From the IMG/VR virus record IMGVR_UViG_3300049216_000067: DNA of 64,000 nt; one strand, written 5' to 3'. Shown piece after piece: positions 32,630 through 43,069 of this stretch. The stretch is from a virus. A program made the position numbers and the translations under genes. How positions within the stretch are numbered: the first letter of the stretch is position 1; each line of letters begins with the position of its first letter. Under the pieces are notes generated by a model. The model did not search any database. It saw only the letters and a list, made by a program, of their open reading frames with translations, and was not told the origin of the DNA.

Positions 32630-33465
32630 TATTCTACCTCAAAGCTAAAGTTGATATCGAACGCCCTATTTTCAGGGTAGACGTTCGGATCGTTTGTATA
32701 CCCACGGGGATTGCAGTAAACCTGACATCCTCCGACTATATAGTTAAATGTGTCATGGGTGTGACCGTGAACCCAATGTTTGATTTGGGTGTTATCAATA
32801 ATCAATTCACTGAGATCACTGCTGTATGCATAGTTCAATGGACTATCACCATATTTAGGGTGAATAGACAAATATGATGGTGTGTGATGAGTCATCATCA
32901 AAAAGTTTTTTTCTTGGTTTGCGTCCAACGCCATTTTCAATGCCTGAAGAGTATCCTCATGCTCTATAACAGAATCTTCTGGTGTAAATCTCAAAGAATT
33001 GCTATACGGGCCGACTGTTTTACCGTTTACAATACAACCACAAAAGTCACTCATTCCTTGTTTAGAAATAATCATAGAAACAGGATTCCTGTTCTTAAAA
33101 TTTGTCCATAATGTCGCACCAAAAAGTAGTGTCTTATCCGTCAAAGCAACAGTTTCTTTGTTTAGTAGTCGAACGTTTTTCCAGCGATTCAAAAAATCTT
33201 GAAGAATTATAAAAGTAGTTTGAAAATCACCATGGTAATGCTCATGATTCCCCATGATGTAATAAGTGTTCTTAAACTTTACTGAGCATTCACCAAAAAA
33301 ATCTTCAAATTCTTTACGAATCCTTTTGGATTTCTTATCCGTTCGATTGGGATTGCACAATGCTGCTAAACTGATATCTCCAGACAAAAGAAGAGTCTCA
33401 CCGCTCGGTAAAGGCGGCATTCGGCAAAACTCAAGATGTAGATCGCTCATTAGATGTATTTTCAT
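32629..33465 (-). CDS. Calcineurin-like metallophosphoesterase
   Basis: SDLHLE, GDI, GNHE, HGHTH. Confidence 0.9.
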   Translation of the reverse strand: MKIHLMSDLHLEFCRMPPLPSGETLLLSGDISLAALCNPNRTDKKSKRIRKEFEDFFGECSVKFKNTYYIMGNHEHYHGDFQTTFIILQDFLNRWKNVRLLNKETVALTDKTLLFGATLWTNFKNRNPVSMIISKQGMSDFCGCIVNGKTVGPYSNSLRFTPEDSVIEHEDTLQALKMALDANQEKNFLMMTHHTPSYLSIHPKYGDSPLNYAYSSDLSELIIDNTQIKHWVHGHTHDTFNYIVGGCQVYCNPRGYTNDPNVYPENRAFDINFSFEVE

Positions 33466-33689
33466 TTCTTTTTGCGCTCTTCAACAAGACGAAGAACTTC
33501 AAGTTGTTCATCTTTTTCCATTTGATCCCATTTAGCAATTTCATCCAGTTTACGAAAACAACCACCACAATAACCTGTCACACTGCTAACACCGCATCGG
33601 TTAGTGCAAGGACTTACTGGCTCTGGTACTGGATCATCCCAAACACTTTTCAATTTAACAACTTCTATCGAATGGTCTAACTTTAACAT
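33462..33689 (-). CDS. DUF1289-like Fe-S/Zn protein
   Basis: SPC..C...C.GC.R..DEI..W. Confidence 0.7.
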   Translation of the reverse strand: MLKLDHSIEVVKLKSVWDDPVPEPVSPCTNRCGVSSVTGYCGGCFRKLDEIAKWDQMEKDEQLEVLRLVEERKKK

Positions 33690-34497
33690 TAGATTCGTCA
33701 AACATTTGTTTTGAAATTGCAAATTCTCTTTCAAATCTAGGATTGATTTTTGTGTCATACACAATCTCTTTAACCCCAGTTTGTATCAATAAACAAGCAC
33801 AACTGGTACAAGGAAACAGTGTCGTGTAAACTACATCCAAATCCCTAACACCGTTCGCAAAAGCTATCGCGTTAGCCTCAGCATGAATTACAAAATTATA
33901 CTTATCGGGTCTTTCCCATCTTTCAGGAATGGTGTCGTCCACCATAAAAGGCATACCATTGTATCCTGTAGACACTATTCTCTTATTTTTAACCAAAATA
34001 GCACCAACTTTTGTTGAAGGATCTTTTGAGCGAGTGGAAGCCAAAAGAGCTAAATCCATAAAATATTGATCCCAAGAAGGAATTTTATCACTATGTTTTT
34101 GTAAATAAACTTTAGCATTAATTAGTGTTGACACGTTTTCTTTCAACATACCTATAGCAGTATTACAATGACCACATAATAATGCTCGAACCTTTCCAGT
34201 CTCGTGATCGTGATCTACGCACAGTTTTCTAACTGCATCAGATCCACGCATCTTTCTAAATTCAGGTTTTTTACAAATAGCACACACCCCACCCTGATTC
34301 AGAAACATTTCATTGTATTCTGCATCAGTTAATTTAGTATGAAACTCATTACTTCTTTTGTTACAATTCTTACATCTCCATATACCATCTTTAGATTTTA
34401 CAGGATGTTTAGTTTCAAACTCATCACCGCAAGATCCACATGTAAGAATTTGTATTTTTCTTTTTGAATGGTTATTTCCACTCCAACCATTAACCAT
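33655..34497 (-). CDS. Endonuclease VII-like domain fused to dCMP deaminase
   Basis: QGGVCAIC, VDHDHETGKVRALLC..CN; then WDQYF, SKDPSTKVGA, HAE, PCxxC. Confidence 0.85.
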   Translation of the reverse strand: MVNGWSGNNHSKRKIQILTCGSCGDEFETKHPVKSKDGIWRCKNCNKRSNEFHTKLTDAEYNEMFLNQGGVCAICKKPEFRKMRGSDAVRKLCVDHDHETGKVRALLCGHCNTAIGMLKENVSTLINAKVYLQKHSDKIPSWDQYFMDLALLASTRSKDPSTKVGAILVKNKRIVSTGYNGMPFMVDDTIPERWERPDKYNFVIHAEANAIAFANGVRDLDVVYTTLFPCTSCACLLIQTGVKEIVYDTKINPRFEREFAISKQMFDESNVKVRPFDRSC

Positions 34498-35026
34498 TTT
34501 TAATCCTTTGTTTTTCTAAGTAGATATCGTGCCTAACGATGTCTGCTGTTGTTCTATCTGGCCAGAAACCCCAAAAGCCTTTGTTGATTGTCTTTCCGCG
34601 TGTAAAAAGTGTCCAAGTTTTACCAGGCTTTGGTATCTCAACCCAATGTAAATTTGCTGGAAGTAGGAAACTCTTTCCAAGATCTTTGTTGTACCACTGA
34701 CGCATAGTTCGACAATTTTGATACTTAACCGTACCTGGACCCATCCATTTTGTTCCCCATGGGGAATGCGCCCAGTAACCACCTTTCAAAATGACGGTGA
34801 AATACCAATCCCAAGGATGTGTATGAAACACATCATCATCTGATCGTATGAACTGATGGAGGAATGTATTGTAAGGGATGTCTTCCCTTACCCCAGTCGC
34901 TTTCCTAGCGTCGCCATCAGGATAGGCAAGGTAATAGCGCGTAAGATACGGATCTACTCCGTCTCTGTCGTAGATCACCAGTTTTCGGCCATTAGCTTCT
35001 AGCTTGTTCAGCAACCATTGGAACAT
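34490..35026 (-). CDS. Cupin-like phage protein
   Basis: FLHQF..SD, H.HPW, ILKGGY, H.VE, WTLF. Confidence 0.65.
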   Translation of the reverse strand: MFQWLLNKLEANGRKLVIYDRDGVDPYLTRYYLAYPDGDARKATGVREDIPYNTFLHQFIRSDDDVFHTHPWDWYFTVILKGGYWAHSPWGTKWMGPGTVKYQNCRTMRQWYNKDLGKSFLLPANLHWVEIPKPGKTWTLFTRGKTINKGFWGFWPDRTTADIVRHDIYLEKQRIKNG

Positions 35027-35070
35027 CGAACACCTATTAATGAAGTGTTAACAGTATAGCACAAGGTGCC

Positions 35071-36462
35071 TTAATAACGTAATTGTGTCATCAATTCTGT
35101 CAGATATTCTTTATGTTTTTCATAGAAAACTTTGAATGTCGTATCCCTCAAAGAGTCTTGAAAGACACATATTGACCTAGGCAAGACATCGAAGAAATAC
35201 CACAAAGTCTTTTCATCGATCTGTGCCATTTCAGACTTCAACATGTGGTAGTGCTTCTTTAATTCTAAGGCAGTCTTGAATGGTTGATGAATAGCTTTGA
35301 TGTGTTCTGGATCTATTTCATAGCTTGAATCGAATTTAGCTATAGGTAAACCGTTGACCAATCGAATCTCATCCATCATTCCGTGGTCAGCACAATTAAA
35401 GATTTCCAACAATAAATTGGTACCCCTGGCGTTCCCACTATAATCTTTGTTAAACCAAGTAAAATTCTTTGGAATAGGAATGTCATTGCGATGATCGAAA
35501 TGTAGAATCTCGATATCAAACACATGGTGTTGTCCGATCATGTTCCAAGTCCTACCCGTACTAGAGATATCGACCAGAATGTAATTTTCCGGAACATGCG
35601 ACTTGATGTACTGAACAGCCGCTTTAGGATCTTTGTATGCTGCCCGACGACTAAACGGTAAGTAATAAGATGCTTCACTAAAGTAAGTATTAAAGATCTT
35701 GTAGAACAGTTGGCAGTCTCGACCCAGGAATACGGGTTTCCTGTTTGGATGTTTCCTACGCAATAACTCACAGCAGACGAAAATCCAAGGAAGGTTTAGC
35801 TGATTAGAGACTGTGAAGATTTCGGCAAAATGCTCATGATTTCTAAGCCTGGTTTCGCGCACCAGCATGGACAATTCCCTGAGACCTTTAGCCTCAAGTT
35901 CTTTTTCCATTTTGGTCTGTTCTGATTTAACATAATGGACGACTTTAAAGCCTTCCTGGGCGGCTAGCTTGATGTCGGCATGCCCATTATCCCCTGTGTG
36001 ACTTTCTAGGCTCAGATGCCCTCTCATTGCCTTCCAGAATACTCCATGCTGCTTGTCAGCGAGGGAAGCATGAATAGTGACTTGTTTGTCCAATCCACAC
36101 GAGCGAACAAGACGAAGGATATCAGCAGGAGGTAGGTACATATCACTAACGAGAAGATCACCATGACTGACTTGTTCCATGGTTTCTTTAATCGGAAAAC
36201 AGACATCTTCTTCATATTGAACCTCGTACTCCATCATCTGATCAATTAAATGGTGCGGAATGACGCCACGGTTGGCTAATTGAGTATAGATATTACGCAA
36301 TGGACCATAGTTGCATTGCTTTCGATGGAATTCAAAATTAGGTATATCGATCTCTTCACCCATCTTTTTCCAAATGGTATCAGATCGAACATAGCGACGA
36401 GCTATTAAAGTATCAAATACGTCCCAACTTTTAATTTGATTTCTCCATCCCACCTGTAACAT
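35071..36462 (-). CDS. HAD-superfamily hydrolase, polysaccharide-locus type
   Basis: SWDVFDTL, VSDMY, HTGDN..AD, FLGRD. Confidence 0.7.
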   Translation of the reverse strand: MLQVGWRNQIKSWDVFDTLIARRYVRSDTIWKKMGEEIDIPNFEFHRKQCNYGPLRNIYTQLANRGVIPHHLIDQMMEYEVQYEEDVCFPIKETMEQVSHGDLLVSDMYLPPADILRLVRSCGLDKQVTIHASLADKQHGVFWKAMRGHLSLESHTGDNGHADIKLAAQEGFKVVHYVKSEQTKMEKELEAKGLRELSMLVRETRLRNHEHFAEIFTVSNQLNLPWIFVCCELLRRKHPNRKPVFLGRDCQLFYKIFNTYFSEASYYLPFSRRAAYKDPKAAVQYIKSHVPENYILVDISSTGRTWNMIGQHHVFDIEILHFDHRNDIPIPKNFTWFNKDYSGNARGTNLLLEIFNCADHGMMDEIRLVNGLPIAKFDSSYEIDPEHIKAIHQPFKTALELKKHYHMLKSEMAQIDEKTLWYFFDVLPRSICVFQDSLRDTTFKVFYEKHKEYLTELMTQLRY

Positions 36463-36491
36463 GTGATGGGATCACATGATGTTTATGCATA

Positions 36492-36905
36492 TTAAAGTTT
36501 CTTCTTAGTTCCTATGCTGTACTTGGCAACAAGCTGCCAATCAGCTTTGTCTTTGAAAGAGATAATCTTGATCTGAGACAATGGAGCTAAATCGGTTTCT
36601 GGAATCTCAGGAATGATTGTTAATAGTTCCCATTGGGCTAAAAGCTTGGCAATCGTATTACGACGTTGATAGTCATTCTCGGTAATTGTAGATGGCTTAC
36701 CATCCAAAGCGAATAGCTCTTTGAAATGAACTATGGAATAGCGACCTTGCTTATGGAGAATATGTGCAGACTGGTAAAGGATGTTTTCGTTCTTGGCAGC
36801 AACACCAATACGGGTCAACGATTCACGGATAATGTTGAAACTATCCGGCTTTGTCAAAGTCACTTCTAGGCCCACGCCCTTAAATAAATCATCCATGTTC
36901 TTCAC
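36492..36905 (-). CDS. regA: Translational repressor
   Basis: LYQSAHILHKQGRYSIVHFKELFALDG. Confidence 0.95.
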   Translation of the reverse strand: MKNMDDLFKGVGLEVTLTKPDSFNIIRESLTRIGVAAKNENILYQSAHILHKQGRYSIVHFKELFALDGKPSTITENDYQRRNTIAKLLAQWELLTIIPEIPETDLAPLSQIKIISFKDKADWQLVAKYSIGTKKKL

Positions 36906-37269
36906 TCGCTTCTAAAATTTTTCTAATCATGTCCAACTGGTTAGTATTTAGGATCTTCAAAGCGTCTCTGGCCTTGGTTTCATTATAATTAAAATACTTT
37001 TTAACCAATTCAACATCTGCCTCCTTAGCATTCTTATTCCATTTCACATAGGGTCTTCGCTTAGAAACCAATCCGTTGAAATAGAAATCATACTGCGCCT
37101 TCTTCGGAAGGTCAGGATACTTGTTCATCTCAACGGCAAGAAAGATGCCGTCCTGATGGTTACTAACAACCTTGTTCACAACGTATGCGTTGTAATCCTT
37201 CTCGTCCTCTAAGCAATACTTTTTCGTCAAAAGTAGCGAAGGAATAATATCTTTGAATAGGTCAGCCAT
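36889..37269 (-). CDS. gp62: Clamp loader small subunit
   Basis: Motifs and synteny. Confidence 0.9.
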   Translation of the reverse strand: MADLFKDIIPSLLLTKKYCLEDEKDYNAYVVNKVVSNHQDGIFLAVEMNKYPDLPKKAQYDFYFNGLVSKRRPYVKWNKNAKEADVELVKKYFNYNETKARDALKILNTNQLDMIRKILEASEEHG

Positions 37270-37645
37270 TTTGAGTTCTCTTTAAATATTCTCTAGCCAG
37301 TTCAACACCTGGTAGATTGTCACCCAACCTTGAGATGCCGACATTGCAGGGAGTGCAAATCCAACCTCTGACTTTATTTGTGTCGTGATCGTGATCGACA
37401 ACCAAAGCATCGGTAATTTTGTAACAGCATTCACAAGCTTCAGGTTTAGGACGAATATCTTTTTTCAAATCAAATAAAACGTTAGTAAGTTTCTTTTCAC
37501 ATTCTCTACAGTATGTGTAGACCCTAGCCTGTTTCCTACCTTCTTGTCTTTTTCTGAATAAGTCTACGGACAAACTCCTTTTACATTCTGGACAAAATTT
37601 TGTTTCTTGATTTTCTTTTATTCCTAATAATTTTGCCAAAGACAT
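37262..37645 (-). CDS. Endonuclease VII-like homing endonuclease
   Basis: LVVDHDHDTNKVRGWIC..CN. Confidence 0.85.
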   Translation of the reverse strand: MSLAKLLGIKENQETKFCPECKRSLSVDLFRKRQEGRKQARVYTYCRECEKKLTNVLFDLKKDIRPKPEACECCYKITDALVVDHDHDTNKVRGWICTPCNVGISRLGDNLPGVELAREYLKRTQNG

Positions 37646-38589
37646 TATTTTACCTCACATTCAACCATCACCTCTGTCAAGTAAGCAGCAAGATTGATTT
37701 CTTGATCTAAACAAGATGTGGCCTGAAAAAGATACCTACCGGTAAGGACAACCAGAACAGGAAGTGATTTTGGTTTAAATATCTCTTCCATTTTGTCGTA
37801 GAGTGCCCTGATCACGACAAGTGAATCATTATCAGAATTCGTAGCTACCCACTTACGAAGACCGGCAAAATTCTGAGTCTTTAAATACCCAATCATTTCA
37901 TCGATCTTGGCATCTGAAACTTGCGACAAAATCTCTTCTGTGATTGCACCGTTCTTAGATGCAAACTTCTGAAGTTCGTTGAGAATTTTGCGATAGTCTG
38001 GAAAATACTTTTTAATGAGTTGTCCGACAACGGGTTTCTCAAACTCAATTTTCTCTTTGGATAAAATTTCTCCAACACGAGCATTAAATGCTTGTGCCAT
38101 CAAAACCTTTTCTTTAGCTTGTAATTTAAACTCGATAGTAGCACATCGACTATGGATGGCTTCAATGATTCGATTCTTGTAGTTGCATGTAAAAATGAAA
38201 GAACAGTTGACACTTAGTTCTTCAATAACACCACGAAAAGCTAACTGAGCGGCGCTCGTCAAATTGTCTGCCTCATCCACGATAATGACTTTGCGGCCAC
38301 CTGTGAATGATACAGATGAACCAAAGCCTTGAATTCTTGTGCGAAGAATATCAACACCGTTCTCAAGCGAGCCGTTGATGAAGATATAATCTGCACCTAT
38401 TTCATCGCACAATGCTTTGGCAACAGAAGTCTTACCTGTTCCAGTAGAACCAGTTAGCAAAAGATTAGGAATCTCTTTCTTATCAACATATGATTGAAAT
38501 GTTGCTTTTAACGCATCGGGGATGATGCATTCGGAGACTTTGTGCGGTCGATAGATCTCAGACCAAAGTATTTCACCTTGACCAATCAT
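37645..38589 (-). CDS. gp44: Clamp loader large subunit
   Basis: W.E.YRP, GTGKT, DEAD, SRC. Confidence 0.95.
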   Translation of the reverse strand: MIGQGEILWSEIYRPHKVSECIIPDALKATFQSYVDKKEIPNLLLTGSTGTGKTSVAKALCDEIGADYIFINGSLENGVDILRTRIQGFGSSVSFTGGRKVIIVDEADNLTSAAQLAFRGVIEELSVNCSFIFTCNYKNRIIEAIHSRCATIEFKLQAKEKVLMAQAFNARVGEILSKEKIEFEKPVVGQLIKKYFPDYRKILNELQKFASKNGAITEEILSQVSDAKIDEMIGYLKTQNFAGLRKWVATNSDNDSLVVIRALYDKMEEIFKPKSLPVLVVLTGRYLFQATSCLDQEINLAAYLTEVMVECEVK

Positions 38590-38604
38590 AATATATTCTC
38601 CGAA

Positions 38605-38976
38605 TTATTTAGTAATGGTATTCGCTCGGACTACTTCCCGTATAGCGTTTTCAATTGTGTGCTCAGGAACGACAGGGGTTTCTACTGTGTATCCTCTGTT
38701 CTTCAATTCCCAAATCATGTTTTGAACTTTACGTTCTTCTTTTTCTCTTTCTAATTTCCGTTGTACCCAATGTGAAGCAGTAATTGGGTTATGATCTTCG
38801 TCACCAAGATCTTCAGGATACTTACTACGAAGAAATTCATTTACATCAAGTACACTATTGTTTACGCTTTCGATCAAACCTATTACACGCTTTAGGGCTT
38901 TCTCTAATTCAACAAGCTTATCGGCTGTCAAATCGACATCGACCGGAGGAGCGCAAGTACAATTATTACAACTCAT
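38605..38976 (-). CDS. Hypothetical protein
   Basis: ORF. Confidence 0.6.
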   Translation of the reverse strand: MSCNNCTCAPPVDVDLTADKLVELEKALKRVIGLIESVNNSVLDVNEFLRSKYPEDLGDEDHNPITASHWVQRKLEREKEERKVQNMIWELKNRGYTVETPVVPEHTIENAIREVVRANTITK

Positions 38977-38985
38977 GACTATTCC

Positions 38986-39666
38986 TTAACCAAACGTAGT
39001 GTACTTAGGATCTGGCGCAATCCAATACTGAAGATTTCTCTCCATGTTTGAAAACAACGCAAACCCACCAGTAGAAATTTTGACCTTATATTTACCTGGA
39101 ATAACTTTGATATTTTCGTTTCTCAATACAAAGTTAAATTTGCTGTTTGCAACTGCATCAATGGTAACGTAGGCGCTATCTACAATCTGTCCTTTGATAT
39201 CAACGGCATTGATTGTGACATTTTCACCAGGCTCACCTTTGATGACGATGTGTGGACACTTTAAAATTGATGACACGTTGAAAATCCATTTGAAAACATC
39301 CTGTTCAAGAATGAACTCCATTTCAATGTTTTTAATTGGAATGCTTTTATCTGGTGGAGAAATGATAAAAGAAGGTGATGTAAAACGCTGACGTATACGA
39401 CCCTTACCATTCAGTCCAACAAAAACCAGGGACTCATCTTCGACTTCAACTTCCGGATTAACCTTGTTCAAAGAAATCAAAGCCAACATTCTATTCAAAT
39501 CATAGATGCAAAACTCTTTTTCAAAATCTTCTGTGATTTCAGCTACGGCTAAGATGTCCTTATCTTTAGACATGGTACGTAGGACCTTACCTGGCTTAAA
39601 AGCCATACCAGTATTGATGGTGGAAAAATTGCCTAGCAACTCAATGAAGTTCGCGCTTAATTTCAT
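38986..39666 (-). CDS. gp45: Sliding clamp
   Basis: MKLS..NFSTIN, IYDL, YWIA. Confidence 0.93.
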   Translation of the reverse strand: MKLSANFIELLGNFSTINTGMAFKPGKVLRTMSKDKDILAVAEITEDFEKEFCIYDLNRMLALISLNKVNPEVEVEDESLVFVGLNGKGRIRQRFTSPSFIISPPDKSIPIKNIEMEFILEQDVFKWIFNVSSILKCPHIVIKGEPGENVTINAVDIKGQIVDSAYVTIDAVANSKFNFVLRNENIKVIPGKYKVKISTGGFALFSNMERNLQYWIAPDPKYTTFG

Positions 39667-40316
39667 AATATACTTTCTCTTAATTGTTTTGCTCTAGTTA
39701 AATTTACTATTTCTATTATTTTACGCTTTAGTTCTATAAGAGTCCCATTATTTCCAATGTCCCATTTGATTAATGGATGACCAATCCAATCACGTTCACT
39801 AGGGTGAACATTCTTAAGAAGTTCTGGCAACTCTGAACTTGAATCGTGATTTAAATTCCAATCATATGCTGTCATGAAATAATTAGGTTCAGGACCGCGA
39901 TTAATCCTCATAATGATTGCACCGGCTGCATGCAATGCTTCTATTTCATTCTTGAATCGAACATCAGTGACGACATAGTCATTTGGCGCATCATCTGCAA
40001 TTCTTTTCAAACATGATGCTGTCCAAAGCGGTTCACCAAAAACATTTCGACCGGCTTCTGTGCCCATCAACTGAAGAGCCAAACGTGGTGAAAAAGGTTT
40101 ACCTAGAACTTTAGACCAGTATTCATCCGGCACTTCTCTCCAGGCGCGATCTTCTTTAGTTGTACCTTCTAACTTTTTTCGATCCCAACCAAACATGATT
40201 GAAACAGCATCTTTTAATGGCTTGGCAAAGCTGTCTTTTTTGAATCCCATTTCAACTAACATGTCACCAACAGTGTCTTTACCAGATCCAGCAAAACCAA
40301 CTAAACCTATAATCAT
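39663..40316 (-). CDS. gp1: Deoxynucleoside monophosphate kinase
   Basis: G..GSGKDT, FAKPLK, LQLMGTE, DVRF.NE. Confidence 0.9.
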   Translation of the reverse strand: MIIGLVGFAGSGKDTVGDMLVEMGFKKDSFAKPLKDAVSIMFGWDRKKLEGTTKEDRAWREVPDEYWSKVLGKPFSPRLALQLMGTEAGRNVFGEPLWTASCLKRIADDAPNDYVVTDVRFKNEIEALHAAGAIIMRINRGPEPNYFMTAYDWNLNHDSSSELPELLKNVHPSERDWIGHPLIKWDIGNNGTLIELKRKIIEIVNLTRAKQLRESIL

Positions 40317-40456
40317 AAAGGATCTCTCTTTGAAGCTATTGCAACTGGAAAGTTTTTAGCCTTATCCCAACTATCCTGAACTTCCTTTTGTGTTTGAGCA
40401 CGAGGCGGGTCGCCAGGAATTGGTCCTTTAGCGGGTGTCTTCGCCTTTTCAACCAT
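40313..40456 (-). CDS. 47-aa hypothetical protein
   Basis: Start MVEKAK coupled to upstream stop. Confidence 0.45.
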   Translation of the reverse strand: MVEKAKTPAKGPIPGDPPRAQTQKEVQDSWDKAKNFPVAIASKRDPL

Positions 40457-41433
40457 TAAAGATTTCCAACCAACTGTGCGACAGCTGCCATGTTTCCTTG
40501 GAAAGCATAGGTTCCAACATGGAAGGTACGCATCCATGGGCACAGCCAAATTTCTCCACCCATATTGCGCCACTGTTGGCAGAAAAAGTAATCTTCTGAT
40601 AGGTAACGATCAGAGCCACCAACATCGATCACATCATCTTTCTTACAATCACCGAGATCATCAACTATCGTAATTGATCTCTTACGGTCAATGATACAGT
40701 CGAAATAAGCGTGAATATAACGTGAACCGTCAAAATGTGCTTGACCGACATGATCAGGCTTGTATGAATACTCAGGGTATTGCTTAGCCCAACGAACAAA
40801 CACTTCTCTCTTGATCAACATGTAACCGGTACCAATTTCCATTACTTTCAAAGGTTCACCGACATTGAATTGAGCAGTTCCTGCTACTGGATTGAATACG
40901 TAGTCACCGATTGTTTGTTCAATTTCCTGAACAGTTAGTTCTGGTGGAACTTCCAAAGCTGTTTGTAACTTAGATTGATCGGCATTAGGATCTGCCATCA
41001 AAGCTAGATTCTCAGCACCAATAATGGCATTCTTCTTTTCGACCTCTGAGATGATCATATTGCGGCGCTTGATTGCCTGGATAGCTGAACCCCACTTGAT
41101 AGACTTCTTCGGATATGGGGCACCTACAATGTCCTTATCGAGTGCCATTAAAGCAATGACATCTTTAGGATCAAAATGAATGTCAGCATCAAGGAACAAT
41201 AAATGCGTGTAACCTGAACGAAGAAATTCGTCTACAAGATAGTTACGTGCCCTGGTAATCAAGCTTTCATTGAAAATGAAGCTGAACCTATTCTCCATGC
41301 CGTATTGGGTACACATTCCTTGTAGGTCAAGGCATGCCTTCATGTACATTCCCAAACAGTGCCCACCGTACATTGGTGTTGCGATGAAAAGTTTATTTTT
41401 TCTTAGTTGTTCGACACTGATCTGTAGTTGCAT
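40456..41433 (-). CDS. Glycosyltransferase-like protein (GT-A)
   Basis: IATPMYGG, NESLITRARN, FLDADI, LSEDYFFC. Confidence 0.75.
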   Translation of the reverse strand: MQLQISVEQLRKNKLFIATPMYGGHCLGMYMKACLDLQGMCTQYGMENRFSFIFNESLITRARNYLVDEFLRSGYTHLLFLDADIHFDPKDVIALMALDKDIVGAPYPKKSIKWGSAIQAIKRRNMIISEVEKKNAIIGAENLALMADPNADQSKLQTALEVPPELTVQEIEQTIGDYVFNPVAGTAQFNVGEPLKVMEIGTGYMLIKREVFVRWAKQYPEYSYKPDHVGQAHFDGSRYIHAYFDCIIDRKRSITIVDDLGDCKKDDVIDVGGSDRYLSEDYFFCQQWRNMGGEIWLCPWMRTFHVGTYAFQGNMAAVAQLVGNL

Positions 41434-41504
41434 TATAGGACCTTTTTATTGTTGTCAGAATTCTAGGTACTATTATTGTCTAATTCGCTTTAATTGTCAA
41501 ATAG

Positions 41505-41537
41505 AAAACCCAGGACGCACGGACGCGCCTGGGTTTT
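41505..41537. terminator. Intrinsic terminator (possibly bidirectional)
   Basis: AAAACCCAGG...CCTGGGTTTT. Confidence 0.7.
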
Positions 41538-41728
41538 GATCTACTAGGTTTAGAGCAGTGCTATAAGGAACTGACGCCTTTATGCATCTGGCAATACCTT
41601 TTCTTGGGCCGGTGCAATATCACCCAGTGTAAGTCCTGGTTCTTATGCTCCGTTTTCACTTTTCTTACCCTATGCAATTTTAATTTACATTAATATTAAA
41701 TGACTTGAGTTACTTCATAATTGCTCCT

Positions 41729-43051
41729 TTAGTCGTCATCTCCAGTATCAACATCATTATCCATATCATTCACGCTGTCAACTATTCTCTTAACAATATC
41801 GTCTAACAAATCATGCTTAGCATTAATAATATCACCGGCTCTCACAACAACATTTTGTCCCATGACAGTTACGGTGCGGTCACCTGTCTTAGGGTCTGGC
41901 TTACTAACAGCTACAGCAACTTTATGCTTAGAAACGACTGAAGCGATGTTTCTTGCATCAGCAAACACAACCAGGCCCGTAGGGTTCTGTAAATTGGACT
42001 GTGCGGTCGCAGAGGCTGCTTTTGCTCCTGCTGCCTGTGCTGCTGCCTGTGCTGCCTTACGCTTGGCTACGAGGTCATTAGACGCATTGGATACGTCGTC
42101 AGGCAGTGGTTTAACATCAGCTTCACCAGGCTCAACAATCTTCTTGTCCAAATCTGGATCGATCTTGCTATAGAAATCCATAAAAGCTGTCTTGATTTCT
42201 TCGTCAAAACGATTCAGACACAATTCGATTGCCTTGCGACGATTCCTAAAGATTGAATATGCCTTGACAATGTGAACCAAACGACGAGTTGTGATCACTT
42301 CGTCGGTAGCACCTTGCTTGTATGATTGTCTTAATAGTTCTGCCCATTTCACGAGATTAGCAGAAAACTTGGCCGTATTCATACCAGGAGTAGTTTCCAA
42401 TGAATTGAACATGTTATTAAGAATCACACGTTCAGTCTTTTCAGACGGATAGTCTTGTTCGACAGTAATAGCAAAACGTTCAAGGAACGCCTCATTCAAA
42501 ACGTTGGCACCAATGAATTTGCCATCGTTTGAACCCTTACCTTTGGTGTTGGCAGTCGCCATGACATTGAAACCAGGTGCTGGTGGAATGAACTCACCAC
42601 GCTTCTTGTTAAAATAGCCGACACCCTCAAGGATCGGCTGTAGGCAAAGCAATCGCTCGCTGCCCAAATCGACTTCGTCTAGCAATAGGAGAGCGCCCCT
42701 GCGAAGGGCAACCAACACAGGACCGTCGCGCCATACCGTATTACCCTCGATCAGTTCATAGGCACCAATCAAGTCGAATTCGTCTGTCTCTTTTGTGATG
42801 TTGACACGGATGTACTCGCGCTTAGCCTGAGCACATGCTTGTTCGACCATCTTTGTCTTGCCATTACCAGACAAGCCGGTGATGTAGACACTGTAGAAAA
42901 TCTTCTTCTCAATGATGCTTTTAAGGTCATTGAAGAAGCCAAATGGAACATAGAGAGGATCGATTTCCGGAATGAAATCATCTTCCAAAGTCTTGGTCGC
43001 ATGACCTTTTGCTTCAGACTCAATTTCTAATGCTTCCACTTTTTTCTCCAT
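41729..43051 (-). CDS. MoxR/CobS-like AAA+ ATPase
   Basis: GLSGNGKT, LLLDEVD, ATANTKGKG, AFLERF. Confidence 0.88.
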   Translation of the reverse strand: MEKKVEALEIESEAKGHATKTLEDDFIPEIDPLYVPFGFFNDLKSIIEKKIFYSVYITGLSGNGKTKMVEQACAQAKREYIRVNITKETDEFDLIGAYELIEGNTVWRDGPVLVALRRGALLLLDEVDLGSERLLCLQPILEGVGYFNKKRGEFIPPAPGFNVMATANTKGKGSNDGKFIGANVLNEAFLERFAITVEQDYPSEKTERVILNNMFNSLETTPGMNTAKFSANLVKWAELLRQSYKQGATDEVITTRRLVHIVKAYSIFRNRRKAIELCLNRFDEEIKTAFMDFYSKIDPDLDKKIVEPGEADVKPLPDDVSNASNDLVAKRKAAQAAAQAAGAKAASATAQSNLQNPTGLVVFADARNIASVVSKHKVAVAVSKPDPKTGDRTVTVMGQNVVVRAGDIINAKHDLLDDIVKRIVDSVNDMDNDVDTGDDD

Positions 43052-43069
43052 AATATAATTGACCTTATG

